NCBI GenBank assembly: GCA_019508225.1
Contig: JAEKLZ010000157.1
Span: forward strand, 1-54,359
Length of the DNA stretch: 54,359 bases
Reading direction: 5' to 3'
Source: Inquilinus limosus
GTDB lineage: Bacteria > Pseudomonadota > Alphaproteobacteria > DSM-16000 > Inquilinaceae
Position 1 is the stretch's first letter; every line of letters starts with the position of its first letter. The position numbers and the translations under genes were made by a program. The notes beneath the pieces are model-generated. The model did no database searches, had not been told where the DNA came from, and saw nothing but the letters and a program-made list of their open reading frames with translations. Positions 17,296 to 27,100 of this stretch are shown piece by piece.

Positions 17296-18915
17296 TCAGA
17301 AGCGGGCGTTGAGGTCGAGCATCAGCGTGTCGACGGAGAATTTCGGACCGCTGATCGCGTCGCTGCTCAGCCAGCGCAGTCCCAGCCAGACATCGTCGAC
17401 GACGCCGTAATTGCCGGCCAGGATGTAGCCCTTGGCGTTGGTGCCGCCATTGTGGAAGTCGCTGTCGGTGAAGGCGTCGATCACCGAATCCGATTCCAGA
17501 TACTTGTAGGTGAAGCTGGCGTTCCAGTCGTTGCCGTGCCGGATGTCGGGATGGCCGACCAGGACGCGGGCGAGATAAGCCATGTTGCCGCTCTTGCGGC
17601 CATCCTCGGCGACACGGGCCGAGACCTTGTCCTTGTCGTAGCCGAGATTGGCGACCAGGTCGCCGGTCACCACGATGTGGATCGGATCGAAGACCGACAC
17701 GTCGAGCGAGGTGGTGACGTTCAGCTCCTGGAACTTCGAGGCCAAGCCGAAGGCGACCAGATCGTCGTCGTCGGTGGCGGGGTTGCCCTTGTCGCCGACG
17801 TCCCACAGGCTGTTGCCCCTCTGCATGAAGGACGGCAGCGAGGTGTTGCGGCGGCGGTCGTCGAGATCGGTCGCCCGCGGGTCGCCAAGCACGTTGTTGA
17901 AGTCGTAATAGGCGACGCCGAGCTTCAGCGTGGCGTCGTCATAGGGCCGCCAGTTGACGCCGATCTGGCCGCCATACAGCACCTGATCGCGTGAGGAGAA
18001 GGCCATCTCCTTCAGCGGGAACAGACCGACCGCGCCCCAGGCGTCCAGCTGGTCCAGCACCGGCTGGCGGTAGCCCAGCGCGATGCCGTCGAAATTGACG
18101 TCCTCGTCCCACACCAGGTCGGTCGAGTAGAACGGGTTGCCGAAGCGGCCGGCATCGACCTTCAGCGTCCCACCCGTGTCCAGCGCGTCGCCCTCGTACT
18201 GCACATAGGCGCGATCCAGGTTGAAGCTCTTGTTGCCCAGCGCCGTCGACAGGTCGGCGTTGGTCGAGACCGGGTCGAGCTCGTTGCCGGTGGCCAGGCG
18301 GATATCGGTGCTGAAGCCTTCGCCGAGATCGGCCCGGACGCCGAGGCGGGCGCGGACTTGGCCGCGATAGCGGTCATCGCGGGTGTTCGTCAGCGGCGGG
18401 AAGGTCTGAGCGTCGTTGATGCCGGTGCCGTAGCCGTCATTGTTGAGCCTCTGGAAGTCGAGGAACTCGGCGTTGTTCGGGTCGTAGTAGTCGGCCCGGC
18501 CGCGCACCCGGACGTCGCCGTACAGCTTCACCTTGTCGAGCCAGGCCGGCAGCGTGCCGGGATCGCCCCAGCGCTCGGTCTTGGCCTGGGCCAGCACCTC
18601 CTGCTTGACCTGATCGCGGATCTGGTTGCGCACCACCTCCGGCACATAGGGCACCCGCACCGTGCCCGGCGGGGTGCCGGGCGGCACCGCCTGACCGCTG
18701 GCCCGCTGGTTCGCCTCGGCCGCCCGCGCCTCCTGCTCGGCCTGGGTCAGCAGCACCTGCGCCTTGTCGCGCGACAGAATGCCCTCCTGGACCAGCAGCC
18801 GGATCAGGGCCAGGGTCGTCGACTGCTCGGTCGGGGTCTGGCCATGGGCCGTGCCGACGGCGAGTACGCCGATTGCGACGGCGAGGCCGGTGCGCTTGAA
18901 CATCAGATCCCTCAT
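17296..18915 (-). CDS. Putative outer-membrane porin (Porin_5-like) with an N-terminal periplasmic extension
   Basis: Signal peptide, LIRLLVQEGILS, VRVPYVPEVVR, GDVRVR, RARLG, RLATG, FTDSDFHNGGTNAKG and a terminal beta-signal LDLNARF. Confidence 0.85.
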   Translation of the reverse strand: MRDLMFKRTGLAVAIGVLAVGTAHGQTPTEQSTTLALIRLLVQEGILSRDKAQVLLTQAEQEARAAEANQRASGQAVPPGTPPGTVRVPYVPEVVRNQIRDQVKQEVLAQAKTERWGDPGTLPAWLDKVKLYGDVRVRGRADYYDPNNAEFLDFQRLNNDGYGTGINDAQTFPPLTNTRDDRYRGQVRARLGVRADLGEGFSTDIRLATGNELDPVSTNADLSTALGNKSFNLDRAYVQYEGDALDTGGTLKVDAGRFGNPFYSTDLVWDEDVNFDGIALGYRQPVLDQLDAWGAVGLFPLKEMAFSSRDQVLYGGQIGVNWRPYDDATLKLGVAYYDFNNVLGDPRATDLDDRRRNTSLPSFMQRGNSLWDVGDKGNPATDDDDLVAFGLASKFQELNVTTSLDVSVFDPIHIVVTGDLVANLGYDKDKVSARVAEDGRKSGNMAYLARVLVGHPDIRHGNDWNASFTYKYLESDSVIDAFTDSDFHNGGTNAKGYILAGNYGVVDDVWLGLRWLSSDAISGPKFSVDTLMLDLNARF

Positions 18916-19643
18916 GCCCTGGACTGCTGGATGTTGAGCTGGATGCGAAGGGTCACCGGCGTGCCGCTCGGCGGCGCCTGGCCGAAGGAGCCGAGGCGGC
19001 GCACCGCCTCGACCACGGCGTTGTCGACCGACGGGTCGCCGCAGGATTGCGCCAGGCGGATCTGGCCGATGCGCCCGTCCGACCCAACCGAGATGGCAAG
19101 CACCACCGAGGCGCGGCGGCCGCGCACCGTTTCGCTGCCGTCGACGGCGCGGCGCAGGGTCGCGTCGCGCTGCGCCGCACGCTGGGATTCGACGAAGGCG
19201 TACTGGCCGTAACCGCCGCCCCCGCCGCCACCCCCGCCGGTGCCCAGCCCGGTGCCGCCCTTGCGCGCGGTCAGGCAGGCGGCGCCGGCGCAGGCCTCGC
19301 CTTCAGCGTCCAGCGCATCGTCGCCCGGCGCCTTGTCCTTCGGCCCCGGCGCCTCGGGCTTCGGCTCTTCCGGCTTCGGCTCCGGCTTGGCTTCCTGCAC
19401 CGGCTCGGGCTCCTTGATCTCCGGCGTCTTGACGTCCTCCGGCGGCTTGATCTCGGGCTCCGGAGGAGGAGGAGGGGGCGGCGGTGGCGGCAGCTCGACC
19501 ATCTGGATCGGCGGCGGCTGGCGCGGCGCTTGCACCGGCTTGCCGCGCAGCACGGCCGCGCCGAGCACGATCACGGCGGCGACCAGGGCCAGGCCCATGC
19601 CCGCCCACGCGATCCGCCGGATCCAGTTGGGACGCTCTTCCAT
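18912..19643 (-). CDS. TonB/TolA-like energy transducer
   Basis: Single N-terminal TM, Pro/Glu/Lys-rich linker, and a C-terminal domain ISVGSDGRIGQIRLAQSCGDPSVDNAVVEAV. Confidence 0.85.
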   Translation of the reverse strand: MEERPNWIRRIAWAGMGLALVAAVIVLGAAVLRGKPVQAPRQPPPIQMVELPPPPPPPPPPEPEIKPPEDVKTPEIKEPEPVQEAKPEPKPEEPKPEAPGPKDKAPGDDALDAEGEACAGAACLTARKGGTGLGTGGGGGGGGGYGQYAFVESQRAAQRDATLRRAVDGSETVRGRRASVVLAISVGSDGRIGQIRLAQSCGDPSVDNAVVEAVRRLGSFGQAPPSGTPVTLRIQLNIQQSRA

Positions 19644-19652
19644 CGGCCGGGC

Positions 19653-20060
19653 TCAGCTCGTCGCCGGGCGCTGCGAGACCAGGCCGACCTGCTGCACGCC
19701 GACGCGGCGCAGCAGGTCCAGCACATCCATCACCCGGGCGTATTGCACCGCCTGGTCGGCCTTGATCACCACCGGGAAGTCGGGGACGGTCGCCTTGATC
19801 TGGGCGATCCGGCTCTCCAGCTCCGGCATCGTCATCGGGATGGTGTCGAGGTAGACCTGCCCTTTGTTGTCGATCGAGATCGCCCGCATCTGCGGCTGCG
19901 ACATGCTCGCCGCGGCGCTGGCCTTGGGCAGGTTGACCTCGATGCCCTGCACCGCAGCCGTCGTCATGATGATGAAGATCAGCAGCAGCACGTAGGCCAG
20001 GTCGAGCATCGGCGTGACGTTGATGTCGTCATACGGCTTGTTTTCCGACTGGACCTGCAT
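19653..20060 (-). CDS. exbD: ExbD/TolR family protein
   Basis: INVTPMLDLAYVLLLIFII with the conserved TM Asp; VNLPKA; VVIKADQAVQYARVMDVL. Confidence 0.93.
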   Translation of the reverse strand: MQVQSENKPYDDINVTPMLDLAYVLLLIFIIMTTAAVQGIEVNLPKASAAASMSQPQMRAISIDNKGQVYLDTIPMTMPELESRIAQIKATVPDFPVVIKADQAVQYARVMDVLDLLRRVGVQQVGLVSQRPATS

Positions 20061-20069
20061 GACGGATCC

Positions 20070-22049
20070 TCAGCGCGCATAGAATTCTGCCATCTTCGTC
20101 GTGAACTCATCGACGAAGACCTGCATGTCGGCGGTGATGTCGCGGATCCGGCTGGCCAGGTAGTTGTAGCCAAAGAGAGCTGGGATCGCGACGGCGAGGC
20201 CGGCGACGGTGGCGACCAGCGCGCCGGCGATGCCGGGCGCGATCGAGTTGATGTTGACCTGGCCGGATTCCGCGATCGCGGCGAAGGTGATCATGACGCC
20301 GACCACGGTGCCGAGCAGCCCGAGGAACGGCCCGCCGGAGATGGCGATTGTCAGCACCACCATCAGCCGGTTGGCACGCTGGATCTCCCGCGTCAGGGTC
20401 GCGTCCAGCGTGGCGCGGATCGCCGCGATGGATTCCGGCGACAGCACCAGCCGGCCCGGCTTGCCGCGCGCCGCCTTGGCCCGGTGGGTGATCTCCTCGG
20501 CGCCGACATGGTACAGCCGGTACAGCGAGGCGTTGCGGTAGGTCTTCGCCTCGGTGCCCCCCGCCAGCCGGGCGGGCGCCGTGGCGTCGTCCGGGTCGCC
20601 CTGGTCGAGCGCGGCGAGATCGGCCACCAGCCGGCGGAACGGCACCAGGAAGCGCTTGTTGGCGCCGTCGACCCGGTTGACGTAGCCGATCTTCGACACC
20701 ATCACCACCCAGCTCAGCACCAGCATCAGGCCCAGGAACCCGATCACCGCCCAGCCGTCGACCGTGACCGAGGCAAGGATCGCGTTGAAATGGCCGAGGT
20801 CGAAGCCCGAGCCCTCCTCGTCGGTGCCGAAGGCCAGCAGCTTGCTGTCGGCCGCGGCGCTGCGGGCGGCCAGCAGGATCGCCGGGCCCGGCCGCGCCAC
20901 GGCGGCGATCTCCAGCTCGTCCAGCTCGCCGACGTAATGGGCGAAGACGGGGGCGGGCGGGGCCACGGGAGCCGGGGCCGGGGCCTCGGCCGGTGGCGTG
21001 GCGCCTGATGCGGTTCCCGGCGCGGGCACAGCGCCCGGCACCGCTTCTGCTGCCGGCGGCGCGACCGGCTCGGGGGGTGGTGGGCGGACGAAGGGGCCGC
21101 CCAGGATGGCGGCGCCAGCCAGGGCCGGCACGGCGACCGAACCGGTCCCGGCCGGCCGACCGTCGACATACAGCGTCACCTGCCCGGCGGCGACGGTGAC
21201 GGCGAGATGGGTCCAGGTCCCGGCGGCCACCGGGGCCGCGGCGGCGATGCGCTGCGGCCCGGCGCCGGCGTCGACGCTGACGAAGGGCGTCGCCTGGTCG
21301 AGGCCGATGGCCAGGCCGCCGGACTGGATCAGGCCGGCCGCCGCCTCCTTCTCATAGATCACGGCGTTGGGCTGCAGCGTGCCGGGCTTGACCCAGGCCG
21401 ACCAGGTGAAGGCGCCGCCCTGCGGCACCGCCAGGCTGGGCGTCGCCGGCAGCATCACCGTGCCATTGCCGTCGAAGCCGATGCCGCCGGCGATGAAGGA
21501 GGCGTCGACCTTGGGTGCGGTCGACTGCGCCGCGTTGTTGGCGTAGCCGGTGCTGTCGAGCGGCAGGGACCCGGGCTCGGTGAAGTGCCAGACCAGGGCC
21601 TGGGCGGCGTCGTAGCCGGCCTTGGCGTTGCTGGTGCCGGTCGCCTTGTCATTGCCCCAGTACAGCCAGATGGTCTGCGGCTTGTCGGCGGCGGCGTTCG
21701 GCAGGTCGACCCAGATCAGGCCCATCTCGAACAGGTTGTCGAACTTCTCGATGTGGAAATTCAGCGGGGTCTTGTCGTCCTCGGCGATCACGCGGAGGTC
21801 CGAGCCGTCATCCTTGGCGGCGAGGAAGTTGAAGTTGCCGGCGGACAGGCGGACCAGCACCTGCGCCCGCCCGGCCATGCCGGGGACGGCGCCGGCACTC
21901 GGGCCGAGATCGACGGTGATCGGCTTGCGCAGCGTCCATTCGCTGTTCCACCAGGCCGAGGCGGCCTGGGGCGTCAGCAGCAGCGCCAGCAGGGCGGCCA
22001 GGAGCAGCCGGACAGTCGGGAGCGGGCGGGTCGGGAGGAAGCGTCTCAT
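20070..22049 (-). CDS. exbB: DUF2341 + LamG (concanavalin-like) + MotA/TolQ/ExbB fusion protein
   Basis: Signal peptide, WWNSEWTLRKPI and DGSDLRV (DUF2341), FTWSAWVKP...WTHLAVT...LYVDG (LamG), and GPFLGLLGTVVGVM...ALVATVAGLAVAIPA (ExbB). Confidence 0.9.
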   Translation of the reverse strand: MRRFLPTRPLPTVRLLLAALLALLLTPQAASAWWNSEWTLRKPITVDLGPSAGAVPGMAGRAQVLVRLSAGNFNFLAAKDDGSDLRVIAEDDKTPLNFHIEKFDNLFEMGLIWVDLPNAAADKPQTIWLYWGNDKATGTSNAKAGYDAAQALVWHFTEPGSLPLDSTGYANNAAQSTAPKVDASFIAGGIGFDGNGTVMLPATPSLAVPQGGAFTWSAWVKPGTLQPNAVIYEKEAAAGLIQSGGLAIGLDQATPFVSVDAGAGPQRIAAAAPVAAGTWTHLAVTVAAGQVTLYVDGRPAGTGSVAVPALAGAAILGGPFVRPPPPEPVAPPAAEAVPGAVPAPGTASGATPPAEAPAPAPVAPPAPVFAHYVGELDELEIAAVARPGPAILLAARSAAADSKLLAFGTDEEGSGFDLGHFNAILASVTVDGWAVIGFLGLMLVLSWVVMVSKIGYVNRVDGANKRFLVPFRRLVADLAALDQGDPDDATAPARLAGGTEAKTYRNASLYRLYHVGAEEITHRAKAARGKPGRLVLSPESIAAIRATLDATLTREIQRANRLMVVLTIAISGGPFLGLLGTVVGVMITFAAIAESGQVNINSIAPGIAGALVATVAGLAVAIPALFGYNYLASRIRDITADMQVFVDEFTTKMAEFYAR

Positions 22050-22067
22050 GCTCGGATCGGTCCGGGG

Positions 22068-23702
22068 TCAGAGGCTGGCGCCGAGGGTGAACAGGATGCG
22101 GATGTCGTCCGCCTTGGTGTCGCTGGCGTCGATCAGCGGCACCGCGAGGTCGACCGACCCGGTGAGGTGGTTCAGCAGCTTGACCCGCGTGCCGAAGCCG
22201 ATGCTGGCCAGCTGGAACTCGTCGTCCTGGCCGGGATTGGCGTCCTGCAGCCACAGCTCGGCGTAGTCGCCATAACCGTAGACGCGCCAGTCCTCGACCA
22301 GCGACGGGTCGATCCAATGGTTGAGATTGGGCGTGGTCAGGCGCAGCGCGGCGATCCAGCCATTGTCGCCGAGCTCCTCGGATTCGACATAGCCGGGCAA
22401 GGTCGAGACGCCGCCGGCGCTGAACTGCTCGTTGCTGATCAGCGGCTGGCTGGCCAACTGGCCGTCCAGCCGCGCCGTCAGCTCGAAATCGGCGGGCAGG
22501 GCCTGTTGCCGCTCCAGGCTGGCGCGGTAATAGGCGAAATCGCCGGAGGCGCCGCTGCGCTTCTGCGCGAACTTGTCGTCGGGGTCGCCCAGGCCGCGCA
22601 GCCCGAAGGTGGCGGACAGGCTGGCCGTGGTCACGCCCTGCGTGTCTGGCCGGGTGGCGTTGTACTCGATCGTCGCCGTGGTGTAGGTGATCGGGGTCTT
22701 CGACTGGATCCCGCCGAACTCCTGGCTCTCGCCGAAATCCTTCCAGTCCATGCCCAGCATGAGCGTCTGGTAGAAGTCCGGCAGCCCGGGCAGCGGCAGC
22801 ACGCCGCGCGCGCCGATCACGGTGCCATCGCCGAGCACGTTCACCCCGCCCAGCGTCGCCACGTTGGAGCGGGAGGAGATGCCGTACAGCACCAGGCTCT
22901 GCTTCCACTCCGGGATGCGGGCCGTGTAGGTCGCCGCGATCGCCGAGGTCTGGTCCGGGTCCTCCGGCGCAGTGGTGTATTGCAGCGAGAACGAGTGGCC
23001 GAGCTGCCAGAGATTGTCGTAGCCGACCGAGCCGGAGACGCGCAGATGCTTGGTGCCGGCGCTGTACTGGTTGTTCAGCTCGATCGAGGCCTGGAACGGC
23101 GATTCGTCCTCGACATTCAGGTCTGCATCGACCGTCCCCGGCTCCGTCCCCGCCTTCAACTGCGGCGTCACGGTGCGGCCCGGCAGCCGGTTCAGCACCT
23201 CCGAGTCGCGCTGGATCCCGGCCAGCTGCGGCACCGTGCCCTCGGCCAGGGACGGCGCCGCGTCCTTGATCCGGCCGAGCGCGTAGTAGCGCGAGTTGCG
23301 CACCCGCAGGCGCCCGACCCGGGCCTCGGCCACCTCGAGCCGGACCACGCCCTCGCGCACCGTCTGTTCCGGGATGTTGACGGCGACGGTGATATAGCCG
23401 CGGTCGGCGTATCGCTTCTCCAGCGCGGCGCGGGCGCCCTCGACGTCATCGATGGTCTTGTCCGGTCCCAGGAACGGATAGATCGCCTCCTCGATGTCGA
23501 CCACCGGCAGCACGGTGTTGCCCTGGACCTGGTACTCCAGGATGTCGAAGCGGCTGGCGGCAGGGGGCGTGGCAGCGGCCACCGCCGGCTCGCCCGGCGT
23601 CGCCGGTGCCTCGGGCGCCGCCGCCTGGGCCGCGGCCGCCAGCAGCGACATACCCGTCGCCCAGCCGGCCACGGCCAACCTCGACCCCCACCTCGGCCTC
23701 AT
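22068..23702 (-). CDS. ShlB/FhaC/HecB (TpsB) Omp85-family transporter
   Basis: Signal peptide, POTRA domains (FDILEYQVQGNTVL...ALEKRYADRGY..V.V.IPEQ), and barrel loop 6 EQFSAGGVSTLPGY. Start at MRPRW after RBS GGAGG. Confidence 0.92.
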   Translation of the reverse strand: MRPRWGSRLAVAGWATGMSLLAAAAQAAAPEAPATPGEPAVAAATPPAASRFDILEYQVQGNTVLPVVDIEEAIYPFLGPDKTIDDVEGARAALEKRYADRGYITVAVNIPEQTVREGVVRLEVAEARVGRLRVRNSRYYALGRIKDAAPSLAEGTVPQLAGIQRDSEVLNRLPGRTVTPQLKAGTEPGTVDADLNVEDESPFQASIELNNQYSAGTKHLRVSGSVGYDNLWQLGHSFSLQYTTAPEDPDQTSAIAATYTARIPEWKQSLVLYGISSRSNVATLGGVNVLGDGTVIGARGVLPLPGLPDFYQTLMLGMDWKDFGESQEFGGIQSKTPITYTTATIEYNATRPDTQGVTTASLSATFGLRGLGDPDDKFAQKRSGASGDFAYYRASLERQQALPADFELTARLDGQLASQPLISNEQFSAGGVSTLPGYVESEELGDNGWIAALRLTTPNLNHWIDPSLVEDWRVYGYGDYAELWLQDANPGQDDEFQLASIGFGTRVKLLNHLTGSVDLAVPLIDASDTKADDIRILFTLGASL

Positions 23703-23956
23703 GGATCCCCCTCCGTCGGCCCCGGCCCGATCTGGGCAAAAAATGCAATAAAACACCATACAGCCGCCGTTCTGCCAATTCAGAAAGGCGAATGTTTCGA
23801 TCATTTGTCTAGAAGACTGACTAGCACATACATACAGATGCGTTCAATCACACTTTGAAAGCTTAGGAAGAGTTTCGTGTGGACAATTTTGTACATGTTC
23901 ATAGAAATGAAACGTTGAATTTTTAAGAAAAAAGGCGGAAGACGAATTCTTATAAC

Positions 23957-23974
23957 TTGTCATCCTTTTGTCAT
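23957..23974 (+). promoter_or_regulatory. Pho-box-like direct repeat
   Basis: TTGTCAT-cctt-TTGTCAT with 11-bp period, in the AT-rich region upstream of the TpsB operon; orientation is opposite to the operon. Confidence 0.5.
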
Positions 23975-24169
23975 GTTCTGCGAAATCGGCGGCTTGACGG
24001 ACCTGCCGGCGCGGCTGGGAGACCGCGTCCGGACGGTTGCGCGATCAGCGGTCTCAATGGGCACGGGAAGCAGCCCGAAGCCGCAGGTGAACTTCTGCGT
24101 GCGGCAGCGGCCATAGACGATGCGGATCTCCGGCCGCATCGCTCCGGCAGGTCGGCCGCCGCGGCCGCC

Positions 24170-27100
24170 TCAGCCCCCCTCGTAGCCGAGGAAGGAGCCG
24201 GTGATCAGCAGCGGCGGCGCTTCGTCGTTCGGCTTGGCGCCGCGTTCGGCCTGATCGCGCACCTGCTGCTCGATCGCCCTCGTGGCCTGGGCGGCGACGT
24301 CGCTGGTGCCGGCGATCGAGGCCGGGTTCACCGGCGCCGTCGGCAGGCCCACCGCCTGGCCGCCGACCTGGATGTTGTCGGCGTTCAGCACCTGCAGCGC
24401 GAAGACGTTGAAGTTGCCGGAGACGCGGATACCGCCCTCGCCGGCATTGATCACGCCGTTGGGGGCGTAGAGATCGACGTCGCCGGGCTCCTGCAGCGCG
24501 CCGATGCCGCTGCCGCTGACGATGCCGCCCGGCTCAACCTGCAGCGTGCCGTTCAGGCTGAGGCGCACGACCGCCGGGGCCGTGGAGATCGCGGCGCGCG
24601 ACCCGAGGCCGGCATCGATGTCGCCGAAGGAGGACCACATCAGGATATCGCCGCCGCTGGCGGTCAGGGCGCGGGAGGAGCGGATCAGGATGTCGTCATG
24701 GGCGAAGACCCGGATGGCGCCGCCCAGTACCGTCCACAGGCCGGAATCGTTGGCGTCCTTCCTGGGCGCGCCGACCTCGGAGGTGGCCACCCCGAGTTGG
24801 ATGCCGCCGCCGGGCAGCAGGATCGAGAGGTCGCCCCCGCGCTCGGTCTTGATCTGGCTTCCACGCATGGTGATGTCGCCGGACCAGCCGTCACCGGGGA
24901 ACAGCGTGTCGGCGGCGGCGTAGCCGCGATCGGTGGCACCGAAGCGGGGGCTGGACGCGTCGTTGGCCTCACGGCCGGAGGCGCGCAGTTCGCCGAACAG
25001 GATGTCCTGCAGCAGCGGGTCCTGCTGCTCCGGCGCCAACGCCTTGAGCAGGGCGAAGGCGGTGGCGGCGTCCAGCCCGCTGCGGCCGGTCACGGCCTGG
25101 ACGTAGCTGATCATCTGCGCCGTATAGAGCGACCCGCCGGGGCCTGCCAGGTACGGATCCAGCTCGGCGTAGTGCGCCGGGTCCAGGTAGCGGGTCATGA
25201 AGGCGATGCGATCCGTCTGGCCGCTGCCCAGCCCGGCGAGCACGGTGATGTCGGCCCCCTGATCCGGCAGCACCGAGGTGCGCAGGTTGCCGTCGGTCAG
25301 AATGCCGGCACCATAGCCGAGATCGATGTTCCGTCCGGCGCCGACCTCCAGCCGCCCCGGGCCGCCGACCTTGATCTGCGCGCTCAAGTCCGGCTCGAGG
25401 CCCCCGTTCGTCGTCAGGTCGATGTCGCGTCCGGCCTGGACAAGGGTGACATCCCCCGGATTGGTGTTCGTGGCTCTGATCGAGAGATCGGCAACGTCCG
25501 AACCGGCGCGCAGTCGCAGGCTCTTCGGCACGATCAGCTGGTAGGCGCCGGTGGGGACCGCACCCCGTATGTCGCCGTCGACGGCGTAGATCCGCGCCGG
25601 ATCGAGGTCGCCGACATGCCGGCCGGCCTGGTCCGGGGCTCCGAGAGTGGCGAAGTACGCCTTCGCGAACTGATCCTCTTCACTCGCAGGGGTACCGATC
25701 GACCGTGTGATGGAGACCGGGCTCAGCGGCGTCGGCTCGAACTGCGGCAGGGCATCCGCCATCGACACAAACCCGATGGTGGCCGGCCTTGGCGCCGTCG
25801 GGTCTCCATTCGCCCGGAACAGCACGTCGTTTTCCGACAGCAGCTCCAACGTGCCACGGTCGGCACCGGCCAGGATCATGCCGCCATCGACCAGGATGTC
25901 GCCGCCGAAGGAGACGGCTCGGACGGTCGAGGGATAAATCAACGCATATTGCGCGGCCGACTGGCCCTGCAACGGCGAGCCCAGAGCCATGGCGGCAACG
26001 GCATTGCCATCGTTGCCGAACCTGATGTCGCCGCCGATCGAGTCGAGGCTGACGGCGCTGCGGGCGCCACGGGAAAAGAAGCCGCCGGTGGACGCCCCGT
26101 CATCGGAGAGATCGGGATCCTGCCGCATGGACGTTGGCAGCATCATCGGATCGGCCACGGTCTCGATGGTCAGGTCGCCACGGCTGCGCAGCTTGAAGGC
26201 GGTGTCGCCGCCCGCCAGGATCGTGCGCGGGGCGTAGGTACCCTGATTGAAGTTCGAGTCCGTTATCGTGACCGACGCGCCGCCCTTGATGGCGCCGCCG
26301 GATTCGATGGCCGCGTCGCCGCGGCCGACATAGTAGACGCCGCTGACGATGTCGCCGAGCGCGTCGACCGTCAGGCTGCCGCCGTTGCGGACATTGACGG
26401 AGCCGCCGGAGACCCAGCCGACGGTCGGGATCGCCGCTGACAGGTTGCGGATCTGATCGCCGGCGCGCAACGAGACATTGCCGCCGGCCAGGGCACCGAC
26501 CCCCTGCTGGAAACCCGCGAAGTCGATCCACCAGGCGGTCGCCAGCCCCTTGTCGCCGTTCGCGTCGCCCTGGCGCCAGACATAGTCCGTGATCAGCTGG
26601 GCCGACGGCACGCCGTACAGGCTGCCGCGGGCGTCGATGCCGATGTCGCCGCCGCCGGTCGGGAAGGCGGCGTCCGGATAGCGCGCCGGGTCCAGCAGGC
26701 CGCCCGGAACATCCATGATCGGCCGTCCGGCCGTATAGACCACCGCCTGCGGGATCGGCGTGAAGAAGTCCGGTCCCAGATTCGTATCGGACCTGGCGCC
26801 CAGCACGAAATCGCCGGCCGCGGCGATGTCGATGTCCCCGATGCCGGTGCGGATGCGCAGGGCCCGGTTCGCCGTGACCGAATCGACGATCACGCTGCCC
26901 TTGCCGGCGGCGAGGTCGGCGGCCGACAGCAGGGCCAGCGGGTCGGCGCCGGAGAGGTCGGCGCCGGCGACCAGGCGGTAGGACCAGCTGTCGCCGCCTG
27001 CGAGCTGGTTTCCGTCCACGGTGGTGAAGCCGTCGCTGAGGCTGCCCAGGAAGGTCAGGTCGCCGCCGGCGCGCAGGGTCAGGACGCCCGAGGCGCCGTC

